Both the position numbers and the translations under genes were made by a program. From IMG/VR virus record IMGVR_UViG_3300025018_003789: a stretch of DNA of 64,000 bases, one strand, 5' to 3'. Every line of letters begins with the position of its first letter. Position 1 is the stretch's first letter. Under the pieces are notes generated by a model. It did not search any database. It was given only the letters and a program-made list of their open reading frames with translations, and was not told the DNA's origin. Positions 10,241 through 19,342 of the stretch are shown one piece after another. Source of the stretch: an uncultured virus (IMG/VR IMGVR_UViG_3300025018_003789). Its lineage: Duplodnaviria > Heunggongvirae > Uroviricota > Caudoviricetes.

Positions 10241-11131
10241 ATGAAATTTAATAAAGATTATTATTTTAAATTTGGACATCATAATGATAATGTAGGAACT
10301 GTATTTAGGCATAGTGATTTAATGTTACAATCTAAGAACTGTTTGATAGTACCTTCAGGTATGGGGGAAATATCTGCATGGATTTCTCAAAATGGAGTCA
10401 ATGTTGATTCTTATGACTTCTCTGACTTTATCATTGAGAATACAAACCACAAATCATTAATCAAGAAGATGGATTTAAGGGAATTGCCTTTAGATAAAGA
10501 ATACGACCTTGTAGTCTGTCTTGATCTATTAGAGCATTTTAACATAGAAGATGTTGAGAAGAGTTTGCATAACATAACAAAGGTGGGAAAAAATAAATTA
10601 TTAATAAGAATAGGCTCTGAGGAGTTAGATGTTTTTGACGAAGATCCTACCCACATCACAAAAAAAGACTTAGGTTGGTGGTTTCAAAAAATAACTTCTT
10701 ATGGTTGGTATTTAGAACAAGGACAAACTTGTTTGGGAGAATGGGTCTTCTCCAAAAAACCTAATGACGGTAATGAGATTTATAAATTTTTCAAAGAAGG
10801 CAATTTAAAACCTAAGAATAGATTGAAAGGAATTTTATCCAAAGATGAAAAAATATGTTTTCGAATGAATAATAAAGAAGATATATCATTTCAATTTAAA
10901 GAGAATGATTATATTAATTTTCGAACAAGAGAAGATGGATTTTTTCAAATAGCACATGGACATAAATTATGGATTTCACACAAAAGGAATCTCAAAGATG
11001 TTCTTGTTTTATTTTACAAAAATTATATTGTCTGTCTTATGAATGGCGACATTGTTTGTATGGCAGAAAAGGAACGAGAAGAAATGACTCCATGTGACCG
11101 AGATTTTATTCACTTTATTTTGGCCAATTAA
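10241..11131 (+). CDS. Class I SAM-dependent methyltransferase
   Basis: YDLVVCLDLLEH, DPTHIT...WW pattern. Confidence 0.72.
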   Translation: MKFNKDYYFKFGHHNDNVGTVFRHSDLMLQSKNCLIVPSGMGEISAWISQNGVNVDSYDFSDFIIENTNHKSLIKKMDLRELPLDKEYDLVVCLDLLEHFNIEDVEKSLHNITKVGKNKLLIRIGSEELDVFDEDPTHITKKDLGWWFQKITSYGWYLEQGQTCLGEWVFSKKPNDGNEIYKFFKEGNLKPKNRLKGILSKDEKICFRMNNKEDISFQFKENDYINFRTREDGFFQIAHGHKLWISHKRNLKDVLVLFYKNYIVCLMNGDIVCMAEKEREEMTPCDRDFIHFILAN

Positions 11132-11163
11132 GATTGACAAACAATATAGTGTCGTATAGTCTC
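11122..11163 (+). promoter_or_regulatory. GGCC-N8-TTGACA promoter upstream of tRNA-Phe pair
   Basis: TTGACA-N17-TAGTCT; spacer also contains TGTCGTAT. Confidence 0.7.
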
Positions 11164-11252
11164 AACACGTAGTTCGGAAAAATACTTTAAAAGAGGAGAT
11201 CGTCATGGAAAGCGACTTTAGCGACTTTACAAAAACAGACGTTTTTTTATAT

Positions 11253-11329
11253 GGCGAGGTAACTCAGTCTGGTAGAGTGTCGGAGTGAAGCCCCGAAGGT
11301 CATGAGTTCGATTCTCATCCTCGCCACCA
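11253..11329 (+). tRNA. tRNA-Phe(GAA), atypical anticodon arm
   Basis: Cloverleaf, GGCGAGG/CCTCGCC acceptor, TTCGATT T-loop, encoded CCA; A31-C39 mismatch, loop GTGAAGC. Confidence 0.85.
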
Positions 11330-11338
11330 AAAATTTAA

Positions 11339-11414
11339 GGCGAGGTAGCTCCAATGGTAGAGCAGGGGACTGAAAATCCCTGTGTTGTCGGTTCGAATCC
11401 GTCCCTCGCCACCA
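11339..11414 (+). tRNA. tRNA-Phe(GAA)
   Basis: Cloverleaf, anticodon loop CTGAAAA, encoded CCA. Confidence 0.93.
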
Positions 11415-11441
11415 ATATTTTTTGAAAGATATAAAAATATA

Positions 11442-11678
11442 ATGAAAACTGCAAAGTTAAAATACGGATGTAAACTTGGTAAGGTTTTTTATCCGTCTGG
11501 AACTGAAGTGGAAGTGTGTGACTCTGATGATTCCAGAGTCCTTTCTATGTTTCCTAATATAAAATCCCATCCTGATTCAGACCAAGTGGCAATAATATTT
11601 CCCAATAGAAATACCCCAACAATCCATTCTAAAGACCATGTTATTTTAAGAGGTTCTAGCCCATCAATAACAGAATAA
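11442..11678 (+). CDS. Hypothetical protein
   Basis: ORF trimmed to the first ATG after the tRNA. Confidence 0.55.
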   Translation: MKTAKLKYGCKLGKVFYPSGTEVEVCDSDDSRVLSMFPNIKSHPDSDQVAIIFPNRNTPTIHSKDHVILRGSSPSITE

Positions 11679-11720
11679 AACTACTATCTACTATTTCTTT
11701 AATAGATGGGAGTTTTATGT

Positions 11721-12251
11721 ATGGATAAGTTTCAGATTTTTGAAAAAGTTTCAGATATTTTATATAAGCACGATGTTTTCGATTTAAAATTAGATGGTGC
11801 ATCTAAAGAAGAATATGAGAACGAAACAAAAGAGATAATTAAAATAGTAAAGAAGAAGGATTGTTTCAACGAAGTTAAAAGAAAAGTTAGTGAAGTTTTT
11901 CAGTTAGAAATAAAGAAAATGATTTTTTCTGAAGAACCTGTCGAAGACGAATTTCTTGAAGACATGGAAGACAACGATTTCATCCATCTACTATCTGAAG
12001 ATATATATAAAATATACAATGAAGAAGAGGTTGATTTTTCAGACTATGATATTGTAGAGTTGAAATGTATCTACAACCAAGAATTCTTAAAAGAAATATT
12101 GCAAGACTTGTCTATGGAAGAGTCTAATTTTGATTTTGAAGAACATGTAACAATTGAGTGGCTTTCCTTAAAAGAATCGCAGTTCCTTATTGAAGATTTG
12201 TTAGATAAACATCACTTAGAAGATCCCGAAGACCTTGAAGATCTATTTTAA
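11721..12251 (+). CDS. Hypothetical acidic protein
   Basis: ORF with GGAG SD. Confidence 0.6.
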   Translation: MDKFQIFEKVSDILYKHDVFDLKLDGASKEEYENETKEIIKIVKKKDCFNEVKRKVSEVFQLEIKKMIFSEEPVEDEFLEDMEDNDFIHLLSEDIYKIYNEEEVDFSDYDIVELKCIYNQEFLKEILQDLSMEESNFDFEEHVTIEWLSLKESQFLIEDLLDKHHLEDPEDLEDLF

Positions 12252-12253
12252 TT

Positions 12254-12293
12254 GGCCTAATGGTTTGACATAATATTTTAGGTAATTTACAGT
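12254..12293 (+). promoter_or_regulatory. GGCC-N7-TTGACA promoter
   Basis: TTGACA-N17-TACAGT in intergenic gap. Confidence 0.7.
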
Positions 12294-12322
12294 TATCCTA
12301 GATTCATTTAAGGGAACTTGAA

Positions 12323-12769
12323 ATGGAAGAAAGTAACAAAGTCGATCCCTGCCTGAGAGACGGCCCTCCAATTTTAGTTGAATACAAAGGTGAGAAGACC
12401 CATTATTCCTTTTACTTGGCACGTACAAGTAATTGGGGGAATCCTTGGGATCATCGTAATGAAGAGCCTGAAGAAGAGTTTAAAGTAGAATCACCCGAAG
12501 AAGCCAATGAGAATTTTAGAAAATGGCTATGGGGAGAAGACTTTCATTATGTCAAACAGATAAGAAGAAAGTGGTTGTTAAAAAATGTAAAATATCTAAA
12601 GGGTAAAGAGATAGCATATGATTATTTGCCATATGTTGAGACCCTGATCGGTATTATAGATCAAGACATTCCACTTCCAGATGTTGAAGACTATGAAGGT
12701 CAGAACAAGAAAGATAAACCTCAAGTTATAAATTCTAAAGAAAAAGTAAAGAAGAAGAGTATTTTCTAA
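12323..12769 (+). CDS. DUF4326-like protein
   Basis: YLARTSNWGNPW motif, LKGKEIA. Confidence 0.6.
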   Translation: MEESNKVDPCLRDGPPILVEYKGEKTHYSFYLARTSNWGNPWDHRNEEPEEEFKVESPEEANENFRKWLWGEDFHYVKQIRRKWLLKNVKYLKGKEIAYDYLPYVETLIGIIDQDIPLPDVEDYEGQNKKDKPQVINSKEKVKKKSIF

Positions 12770-13116
12770 TGTTGGGCGACATTCCAGAAGAAATAATAGA
12801 GGGTTTAATCTTAGCCCTTAAAAGAACTAGAGATAGAAAACACAAAGAAATATCTGAAGAAGAAATTCAAACTATTGTAGAAGAATATATTGATTCTACA
12901 TTAGAAGATCCCATTATGAGATTTGTATGGGATTTAGTAATTGTTGGAAGATTTGATATAGAGTTGGTTGATGGTGAAATTTGTATTATAATAAGAGGTA
13001 AGGAAGATGAACACGATACAAGCGTATATGATGGTGGGGATTCCAGCGAGCGGGAAGAGTACATGGACGAAACAAGAGGCGGCAAAACACTCGACCCCTC
13101 TGATTATGAATCTTGA
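12769..13116 (+). CDS. Hypothetical protein
   Basis: ORF, TAATG coupling. Confidence 0.5.
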   Translation: MLGDIPEEIIEGLILALKRTRDRKHKEISEEEIQTIVEEYIDSTLEDPIMRFVWDLVIVGRFDIELVDGEICIIIRGKEDEHDTSVYDGGDSSEREEYMDETRGGKTLDPSDYES

Positions 13117-13549
13117 TTCTCTCCGTGAAAGCATTCAAAACGAAAAAAGAAAAGAAGATCCTTCTTGGAAGTATGCTAGAGAGAAAGACGAATATGAAAA
13201 GAAGATAAAACAGATCGCTCGCCAACAAATAAAAGAGGCTATTGAAGAGCATAGAACTATTTTTCTTGATAATATGAATCTTAGAAAAAATGGTCGCATT
13301 TCAGACATGAAAGAAATGCAACAGTATGCTCAACAACTTGGCAAACAGATAAGGTTTGATTGTGTTTACTTTGTTCCTGACCTAAAACAAAGTCTTGAAA
13401 GAATTAGTCTTTTTAGAACACCAGATGATGTCAATTGTGTTTCGGAGGGTGTCATAAAGGAATCTATTCGTCAACTAGAGGTTCCGACAAAAGATGAAGG
13501 ATATTCAAAATTAACACTTGTTCAAATAAATACTGAATTTTTGGCCTAA
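13007..13549 (+). CDS. P-loop kinase (AAA_33 / polynucleotide kinase-like)
   Basis: MMVGIPASGKSTW Walker A, FLDNMN, PTKDEGY. Confidence 0.78.
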   Translation: MNTIQAYMMVGIPASGKSTWTKQEAAKHSTPLIMNLDSLRESIQNEKRKEDPSWKYAREKDEYEKKIKQIARQQIKEAIEEHRTIFLDNMNLRKNGRISDMKEMQQYAQQLGKQIRFDCVYFVPDLKQSLERISLFRTPDDVNCVSEGVIKESIRQLEVPTKDEGYSKLTLVQINTEFLA

Positions 13550-13559
13550 AATATTGACA
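13543..13559 (+). promoter_or_regulatory. GGCC-N7-TTGACA promoter upstream of tRNA-Met
   Basis: Recurrent motif. Confidence 0.65.
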
Positions 13560-13610
13560 CCATTAAATTTTCATGATTGGCTATGGTTATGAAGTTCGAA
13601 GGGACAAATT

Positions 13611-13687
13611 GGCAGAGAAGCATAAGTGGTATATGCGCTGGCCTCATAAGCCAGAGATAGTGAGTTCAAGCCTCTCCTCTGCTACCA
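13611..13687 (+). tRNA. tRNA with CAT anticodon (Met; subtype uncertain)
   Basis: Cloverleaf, CTGGC-CTCATAA-GCCAG, G1-U72 pair, encoded CCA. Confidence 0.85.
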
Positions 13688-13733
13688 ACACCTTGGACTT
13701 GAGAAAATAAAAAAAACTATAAGGACTTATTTC

Positions 13734-15095
13734 ATGAGAGCATCTGAAGCAGAACTGCTTAGACAACTTCAAGAAGCAAAAGAAGGATTGAAGGAAAGGG
13801 ATGGTTTTTTAGAACAACTTTCATCTGAGCCATCAATCCTTTCTACCGTAATAGGAGTTGAAAAGAATGAAGTCGTTGCCGCCGGTAAAGATGGAGTTCT
13901 CTTGGTTCAATTGCCTAAGAAAATGGAGATTTTAATTGGAGACACCGTTGTTGTCCATGTGAAGTCTCGTCAAATCATAAAAAAGTCCCCATACAAATTG
14001 TATGGACCCAAGGCGGTCATCGAAAGAGTCTTGTCAGCAACCATTGTCGAAGTTGGTATTGAAGGTCATAGCGTTAAGCGTTACGCAAGATATGAGAATT
14101 CTAAATTCAGTTTCAAAGAGGGTGATGAAGTTTCCCTTGATGAAACAGGGAATTGTGTTGTCGAACGTTTTCAGATCAAGAAAACGACTAGAAGTTTTGA
14201 AGGTCGTGTAACTTGGGATAATGTTGGCGGTCTTGATTCCGTAAAGGAAGAACTTCGTGATGCTGTTGAAACTCCCCTTCATTACGCTGAATTGTACAAA
14301 TCTTACAATCGGACTCCACCAAAGGGTTTTCTCCTTTATGGTCCTCCAGGTTGTGGTAAGACTCTGTTGGGCAAAGCAGTAGCTACATCTATTGCTGATA
14401 TTCATGGCATTGAGGCGTCTGCTACTGGTTTTCAATACATCAAAGCGACTGAAATTCTTGCTCCTTTGGTTGGTGTTGGAGAAGGTAAGATTCGTAAAAT
14501 CTTCCGTGATGCTCAAGAGCATAAACGTGAACATGGGTATCCTTGTGTAATCTTTATAGACGAAGCAGAGGCTATCCTCAAAACAAGAGGTAAGGGTATT
14601 TCATCGGATGTGAATGAAACGATGGTTGCCACGTTCCTGACTGAAATGGATGGTATGGGAGAGATGTCAGCAATTGTAATTCTTGCGACTAATCGTCCTG
14701 ATATTATCGATCCAGCGGTAATTCGTGAAGGACGTATTGATCGTCGCATTGAAATTCCTCGCCCTGGACATCGAGAAGTTAAGGATATCTTCTCTATCCA
14801 CTTGAACAAATATCCTCTTGACAAAGAAGAAACGATTGAATCTCTTTCTAGTCATGGTCTTGAAGAAACTTTTGCGGAAGTAAGAGGACTTCAAAACATC
14901 GTCACTGGAAGCATGATTGCATCATGTGTTGATGCTGCTGTCAAAAACGCAATGAAAGATGATATTGTTTCTAAGAAGAAAAAAGGCAACGGGTGTTGGA
15001 CGGAAGCACATCACCGAAGCTGTCGAATCCCTTTCCGCTTCTCACAATCAATCCAGTCAGAACTATTTACAGCGTCAAGAAACTGTAAATGGTAA
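13734..15095 (+). CDS. ARC/Mpa-like proteasomal AAA+ ATPase (true C-terminus probably in a shifted frame ending near 15129)
   Basis: N-terminal coiled coil and OB-like region, GPPGCGKT, FIDEAE, ATNRPDIIDPA..R.GRID, TGSMI; A-run frameshift near 14980 restores GVGRKHITEAV. Confidence 0.8.
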   Translation: MRASEAELLRQLQEAKEGLKERDGFLEQLSSEPSILSTVIGVEKNEVVAAGKDGVLLVQLPKKMEILIGDTVVVHVKSRQIIKKSPYKLYGPKAVIERVLSATIVEVGIEGHSVKRYARYENSKFSFKEGDEVSLDETGNCVVERFQIKKTTRSFEGRVTWDNVGGLDSVKEELRDAVETPLHYAELYKSYNRTPPKGFLLYGPPGCGKTLLGKAVATSIADIHGIEASATGFQYIKATEILAPLVGVGEGKIRKIFRDAQEHKREHGYPCVIFIDEAEAILKTRGKGISSDVNETMVATFLTEMDGMGEMSAIVILATNRPDIIDPAVIREGRIDRRIEIPRPGHREVKDIFSIHLNKYPLDKEETIESLSSHGLEETFAEVRGLQNIVTGSMIASCVDAAVKNAMKDDIVSKKKKGNGCWTEAHHRSCRIPFRFSQSIQSELFTASRNCKW

Positions 15096-15153
15096 TCGCC
15101 CCATTTGGAAACAATGGCTTCATGTTTGAAAACAAATAAGAAAGGGTAATGCT

Positions 15154-15438
15154 ATGTCCGTTACACAGAAAACAGTAAAAGGTGATCCATTCTCAAAAGA
15201 GGGTGGATTGAACCAAGAAGAAATTGGTGGCCTTGATATTCAATTCAGCAATACTGTTGAAGAAGAAGTCGAAGCCCCTCAAGAAAAAGAAAGTGCAGTA
15301 GATACTATTCGTAATGCCATTTTCAAGACGAACAAGGAAGAAATTCGTCGTAAAGAAAAGGCTGCGAAACAAGAAGAAGCTCTTCGCAAGAAGCAGGAAC
15401 AAAGAGAACGACGTGGTGAAGGATTCTGTGGATGTTAA
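15154..15438 (+). CDS. Small charged, probably disordered protein ending RRGEGFCGC
   Basis: ORF with SD directly after the ATPase. Confidence 0.6.
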   Translation: MSVTQKTVKGDPFSKEGGLNQEEIGGLDIQFSNTVEEEVEAPQEKESAVDTIRNAIFKTNKEEIRRKEKAAKQEEALRKKQEQRERRGEGFCGC

Positions 15439-15782
15439 CGCTCATACAAATCCTAATCGTAGGACTGGCAACGGGTGTAGTCGCCCAAACCATAACTCGT
15501 TCGAAGATCTTTTATGGACTTCGTTCACTGACCGATCCTTTCTCTAAAATAGGGCAACTAATCCGTTGCCCTTACTGCACCTCTCATTGGGTGGCACTTT
15601 TCTTTTTACTATCGTCAGGGCTTCAAACGACAAATGGAAATTGGTTTTTTATTTTTCTTATAAACTGGTTTTCAATCACTGCAATTGCAGCAGTGTTTAC
15701 GAAGTTCTATAATTCATTCTCGGCATTAGAAGAATATTTTGAATCTGCAACTCAATATCCTGAAGAGGAAGAAAGCGAATAA
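15432..15782 (+). CDS. DUF1360-like membrane protein
   Basis: Hydrophobic helices, LIRCPYCTSHW motif. Confidence 0.65.
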   Translation: MLTLIQILIVGLATGVVAQTITRSKIFYGLRSLTDPFSKIGQLIRCPYCTSHWVALFFLLSSGLQTTNGNWFFIFLINWFSITAIAAVFTKFYNSFSALEEYFESATQYPEEEESE

Positions 15783-15785
15783 ATC

Positions 15786-16295
15786 ATGGCAAGAGCAGTT
15801 AAACTAAACGAACAACAAGAAGCATTGGCTCAATATTTCATTAAACAGACTGCTTTGTGGTCTAAGAAGAATGCTTCTGCCTTCGATGAATTGGAAAAAT
15901 ATAAAAGTGAAATTTCTGAAATAGAAAAAAATGCAGAAAAACGAAAAAAAGATTACGAAGAAAAAGAAAGAAAACTTCGTGAAGAGTTTCGCAAGAAGAA
16001 TGAAGATTTAGAAGAGCCTAAAATTTCAAAAAAAGGCAAGGCAATCAATAGACTCATTGATGGATCAGATTTTGGATGTCAAAAAGAAAATGTTAGAAAA
16101 CTAATCTCTTTAGTTATCGGTGAACCTCTATCCAAAAATACTTCCCCGTCAAGTGAAGATGAATATGTTCTCAATAAGATAGGTCTCTTTGTTGAGCCTG
16201 AAGGAGAAATTTATGAAATTGAATATGAGATGTCGAGTGTGAAGAGTGTAGTGGACTATTTGAAAAGCCTAAAAACAGATTCAATGAGTCTTTGA
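15786..16295 (+). CDS. Hypothetical coiled-coil protein
   Basis: ORF. Confidence 0.6.
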   Translation: MARAVKLNEQQEALAQYFIKQTALWSKKNASAFDELEKYKSEISEIEKNAEKRKKDYEEKERKLREEFRKKNEDLEEPKISKKGKAINRLIDGSDFGCQKENVRKLISLVIGEPLSKNTSPSSEDEYVLNKIGLFVEPEGEIYEIEYEMSSVKSVVDYLKSLKTDSMSL

Positions 16296-16330
16296 AAAAC
16301 GGATGGAAACTATTTTGTTCAATAGAATGC

Positions 16331-16959
16331 ATGACAAAAAATAGAACAAAAAAGTAATAGTCAATTGTAAATGTTGTGGAAAAAAAGTAGAAAAGAAATC
16401 AAAAAGAGTTAGTGGTATAGAATCTAATAACTTTTTCTGCGATAGAAAATGTGCAGCAATATATAATAACTCTAAGTTTCCAAAAAGGAAAAAAGAAAAT
16501 AAAACAAATTGTAAATGCATGAGTTGTGGAAGTGAAGTAAAATTAGGGAATAAATTTTGTAACAACAAAAATAAATGTAAAAATAATTATTATTATAAAA
16601 CTTACATTGATGAATGGTTAGATGGAAAACAGAGTGGTGAAAGAGGTAGCGAACATATATCTACTTACATTAGGCGCTTTTTAATAGAAAAATATGGTAA
16701 TAAATGTCAGAAATGTGGTTGGTCGAAAATTAACGAATTTACCAAAAAAGTTCCACTTGAAATCCATCATATGGATGGAAACTGGAAAAACAATCGTATA
16801 GAGAATTTACAAATCATATGCCCTTGCTGTCACGCATTGACAGAAAACTATAGGGCAAGTGGAACTGGTAGTAAAGTTAGGAACGGAAGAGAAGGAAAAA
16901 GAAAATTTTACCAAGAGAATAAAAGTTCTCGTTGGATAAAGAAAAATGTCGGGGATTAG
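16331..16959 (+). CDS. HNH endonuclease with N-terminal Cys-rich Zn-binding repeats (A-run frameshift near 16350; ORF track starts at 16519)
   Basis: CQKCGW, LEIHHMDGNWKNN..ENLQIICPCCH; upstream in-frame CKCCG..FFCDRKC. Confidence 0.8.
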
Positions 16960-17026
16960 CGCAGTCTGGTAGCGCATCGCATTTGGGATGCGAGGGTCGT
17001 CAGTTCAAATCTGACATCTCCGACCA
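16950..17026 (+). tRNA. tRNA-Pro(TGG)
   Basis: CGGGGAT acceptor, TCGCA-TTTGGGA-TGCGA, encoded CCA. Confidence 0.93.
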
Positions 17027-17032
17027 TCTTTT

Positions 17033-17131
17033 GGGAGTGACCAATGTTGGTTATTGGACCCTGACTGTAAATCAGGCGCTTGTAATGAGCTTCGACGGTT
17101 CGATTCCGTTCGATTCCGTCCGCTCCCACCA
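17033..17131 (+). tRNA. tRNA-Tyr(GTA) with 10-nt tandem duplication in the T arm (possibly pseudo)
   Basis: CCTGA-CTGTAAA-TCAGG, long variable arm, TTCGATTCCG repeated twice, CCA. Confidence 0.75.
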
Positions 17132-17156
17132 TCTAAAAGAAAGTTATAAAAAATAT

Positions 17157-17510
17157 ATGTTTTGGAGACGAAAACGAGAATATTCTGAAGAAGAAATTCA
17201 ACTTATAAAAGAATATTATAGAGAGCATCCCGAAAGGTTTGGCACTTACAACACTTCAAACATCAAAGAAATTAAGCCATTTAAACCACATAGATTCTAT
17301 GTGGTTGATCGTGCTATAGAGACTGCTAAAAAATACGCCAAAGAAATCGAATCATTAAAATTAGAAGAGTCTAAAGAAAGGGATCGACTTATATCTAACG
17401 CTAAGAGATATATCAAAGAAATGAAATCTAGTGAAACAGATCCTTATAGGTTCTATATAGTTGATCGTGCTAGGCAATATTTAAACAATTTAGATACTGA
17501 GTCGATATAA
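17157..17510 (+). CDS. Hypothetical protein with internal repeat (PHRFYVVDRA / PYRFYIVDRA)
   Basis: ORF trimmed to the ATG after the tRNAs. Confidence 0.6.
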   Translation: MFWRRKREYSEEEIQLIKEYYREHPERFGTYNTSNIKEIKPFKPHRFYVVDRAIETAKKYAKEIESLKLEESKERDRLISNAKRYIKEMKSSETDPYRFYIVDRARQYLNNLDTESI

Positions 17511-17523
17511 ATAAGGTTTTAGT

Positions 17524-17757
17524 ATGTTTTTATTTGATAAGAAAATTACAAAAAACAAAGCAATAAGTATTGAGTTACTTAAAGATGCTAATTGGGATGG
17601 TTATCATTTACTTAACTTTCAATTTCAATACCTCTGGAAAGCAGATCATGCTGGCCCAAAAATAGAAATTTCAATAGCAAAATTTAGTTTTTTCTTTTCA
17701 ATTTATGATATTCGTCATTGGGACGATGAAAAGGATTGTTGGGAAAAACATGAGTAA
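17524..17757 (+). CDS. Hypothetical protein
   Basis: ORF with SD. Confidence 0.55.
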   Translation: MFLFDKKITKNKAISIELLKDANWDGYHLLNFQFQYLWKADHAGPKIEISIAKFSFFFSIYDIRHWDDEKDCWEKHE

Positions 17758-18052
17758 TGAAGAAGTCTCTCTTCTCAAGAAGGGAGACACACTTTATGTA
17801 TTAACTAAGAAGATTTCTCTCAGGGAATCTTTTGCTGGTAAAAAGATTTTAGATTTAAAGAAAGATGACAGACTGATATTTCTATCTAAGAAAAGTATAT
17901 TTTCAATAGAAGTTATCTTTAATGAAAAAAAAGGTGTCGTTCCTACAAGGTGTGTGACTACATATCCAACATCAGATTTAGATCTATCTAAATTTATCAG
18001 AGACGATAGAGACATAACGGAAATGAGAACGGCATCTGTACCAAGAGGATAA
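17750..18052 (+). CDS. Hypothetical protein, SH3-like
   Basis: LKKDDRL...KKGVVPTRCV resembles SH3 pattern. Confidence 0.45.
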   Translation: MSNEEVSLLKKGDTLYVLTKKISLRESFAGKKILDLKKDDRLIFLSKKSIFSIEVIFNEKKGVVPTRCVTTYPTSDLDLSKFIRDDRDITEMRTASVPRG

Positions 18053-18054
18053 AT

Positions 18055-18591
18055 ATGAGACCTATTAAATTTGTAGTAAAAAACAATTCAGACAACACGA
18101 TTGTCATAAGCGATCTAAAAGTCAAGATTCCTCAACATGGTGCAATTGACTTATTGAAGGTTCCAAAATGTAATATAGATAAAATTTACCAATCAAAAGA
18201 TTTATCGGAACTTTTAAACCTTCAACAAAATAATGATTTCACTGCCATCATTAGAAGAGATGTGGCGGGAACAGGAATTGATCATTATGATGGGCATTCT
18301 CATTTTAGTGACAATCAAGTTAATCTAAACAATCCCAATCTAATCTCTCTTATTTTGATATATCCAGAAGGTGAAGTCGTAAAAGAAGATTTGCCAGATA
18401 CAGTTCAAAGTAAGATAGTAACTAATGATTTGAAGGAAATGAAGAAGAAAGAAATATTAAGCAAAATTTCTGACATTAAAGATCTATTACTCAAGTATGC
18501 AGATGAAGAAGAGAAAGAAAATATTGAAGAGTTAGAAATAGAAATAGGAGAAAGTTTTCCTAAAACCGACTTCGATATGATTGAACTGTAA
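18055..18591 (+). CDS. Hypothetical protein (C-terminal FDMIEL tag)
   Basis: ORF with SD. Confidence 0.6.
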   Translation: MRPIKFVVKNNSDNTIVISDLKVKIPQHGAIDLLKVPKCNIDKIYQSKDLSELLNLQQNNDFTAIIRRDVAGTGIDHYDGHSHFSDNQVNLNNPNLISLILIYPEGEVVKEDLPDTVQSKIVTNDLKEMKKKEILSKISDIKDLLLKYADEEEKENIEELEIEIGESFPKTDFDMIEL

Positions 18592-18592
18592 A

Positions 18593-18883
18593 ATGAATTA
18601 TTTGTCTATTGTAGAAAAGCTTAAGACGGAAGAAGAAGTCACCTTTAAGGTTCATGGGAATTCCATGACGCCAAGAATAGAAAGTGGCGAGAAGGTTACT
18701 GTCTCCTCAGATGTAAGTGACATAAAGAACGGTGATGTAGTTTTCTGTAAAGTTAAAGGCTCCTTTTATGTTCATTTAGTTAAAGCGGAAAAGAACGGTT
18801 CTTATTTAATTGGAAACAATCATGGCCATGACAATGGATGGACAAGAAGCGTATATGGTAAGGTAATTCATCATGAGAAGTAA
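18593..18883 (+). CDS. S24/S26 peptidase-like protein
   Basis: VHGNSMTP motif, GDVV, GNN. Confidence 0.7.
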   Translation: MNYLSIVEKLKTEEEVTFKVHGNSMTPRIESGEKVTVSSDVSDIKNGDVVFCKVKGSFYVHLVKAEKNGSYLIGNNHGHDNGWTRSVYGKVIHHEK

Positions 18884-18895
18884 AGGAAAGTTTAA

Positions 18896-19342
18896 ATGAA
18901 GATAAGTTTTGCATCTAGAACAGGGGTTTCCAGAATGGAAGGTAATGGTAAAGTTCTAATTTCTATCAGAGACCCGAACAAATCAAAACCTGTCCTTGCT
19001 TATAAATGGGATGATATTTTAGAATTAAACTTTGACGATCTTTGTCCGAATGAGTTAAAGGTGATTGGAAGATCAGACTTGATTCAAGGTTCTAAATTCT
19101 TTTCAGAAGAAGATGCCAAGAGTATTTTAGAGTTTGTCGCCAAGCATGGTGGCGAAAAAGAAATTGTAGTTCATTGCGAAAAGGGTAGAAGTCGTTCAGC
19201 AGCAGTTGCTATTTTCTTGGCAGATAAGTTTGGAGAAATTGGTAATGAAAAAGAATATGTAGACAAATGTAATCCAAATCCTCACGTAGCATCAATCTTA
19301 CAAAAAGTATATCAAGGAAGCGTTGAAGATGAAAGTAATTGA
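18896..19342 (+). CDS. Protein tyrosine/dual-specificity phosphatase-like protein
   Basis: VHCEKGRSRSAA (HCx5R) motif, FDD, PNPHV. Confidence 0.82.
   Translation: MKISFASRTGVSRMEGNGKVLISIRDPNKSKPVLAYKWDDILELNFDDLCPNELKVIGRSDLIQGSKFFSEEDAKSILEFVAKHGGEKEIVVHCEKGRSRSAAVAIFLADKFGEIGNEKEYVDKCNPNPHVASILQKVYQGSVEDESN

Noticed and set aside
13611..13687. Eukaryotic origin suggested by the initiator-like acceptor stem of the CAT tRNA
   Set aside because: The T-loop is bacterial-type (TTCAA), CCA is encoded, and surrounding genes have SD sites and sigma70-like promoters.
14970..14990. Programmed frameshift in the AAA ATPase (and similar shifts at ~19935, ~28832, ~29120, ~47575)
   Set aside because: All lie in plain homopolymer runs with no stimulatory signal. 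They are likely sequencing or assembly indels, unlike the release factor site.
16327..16356. TAG readthrough at the start of the HNH gene
   Set aside because: More simply explained by one missing A in a homopolymer after ATG 16331.
16932..17156. N-terminal part of ORF 16932-17510 (and of 11382-11678)
   Set aside because: These overlap tRNA genes. The real starts are downstream, at 17157 and 11442.
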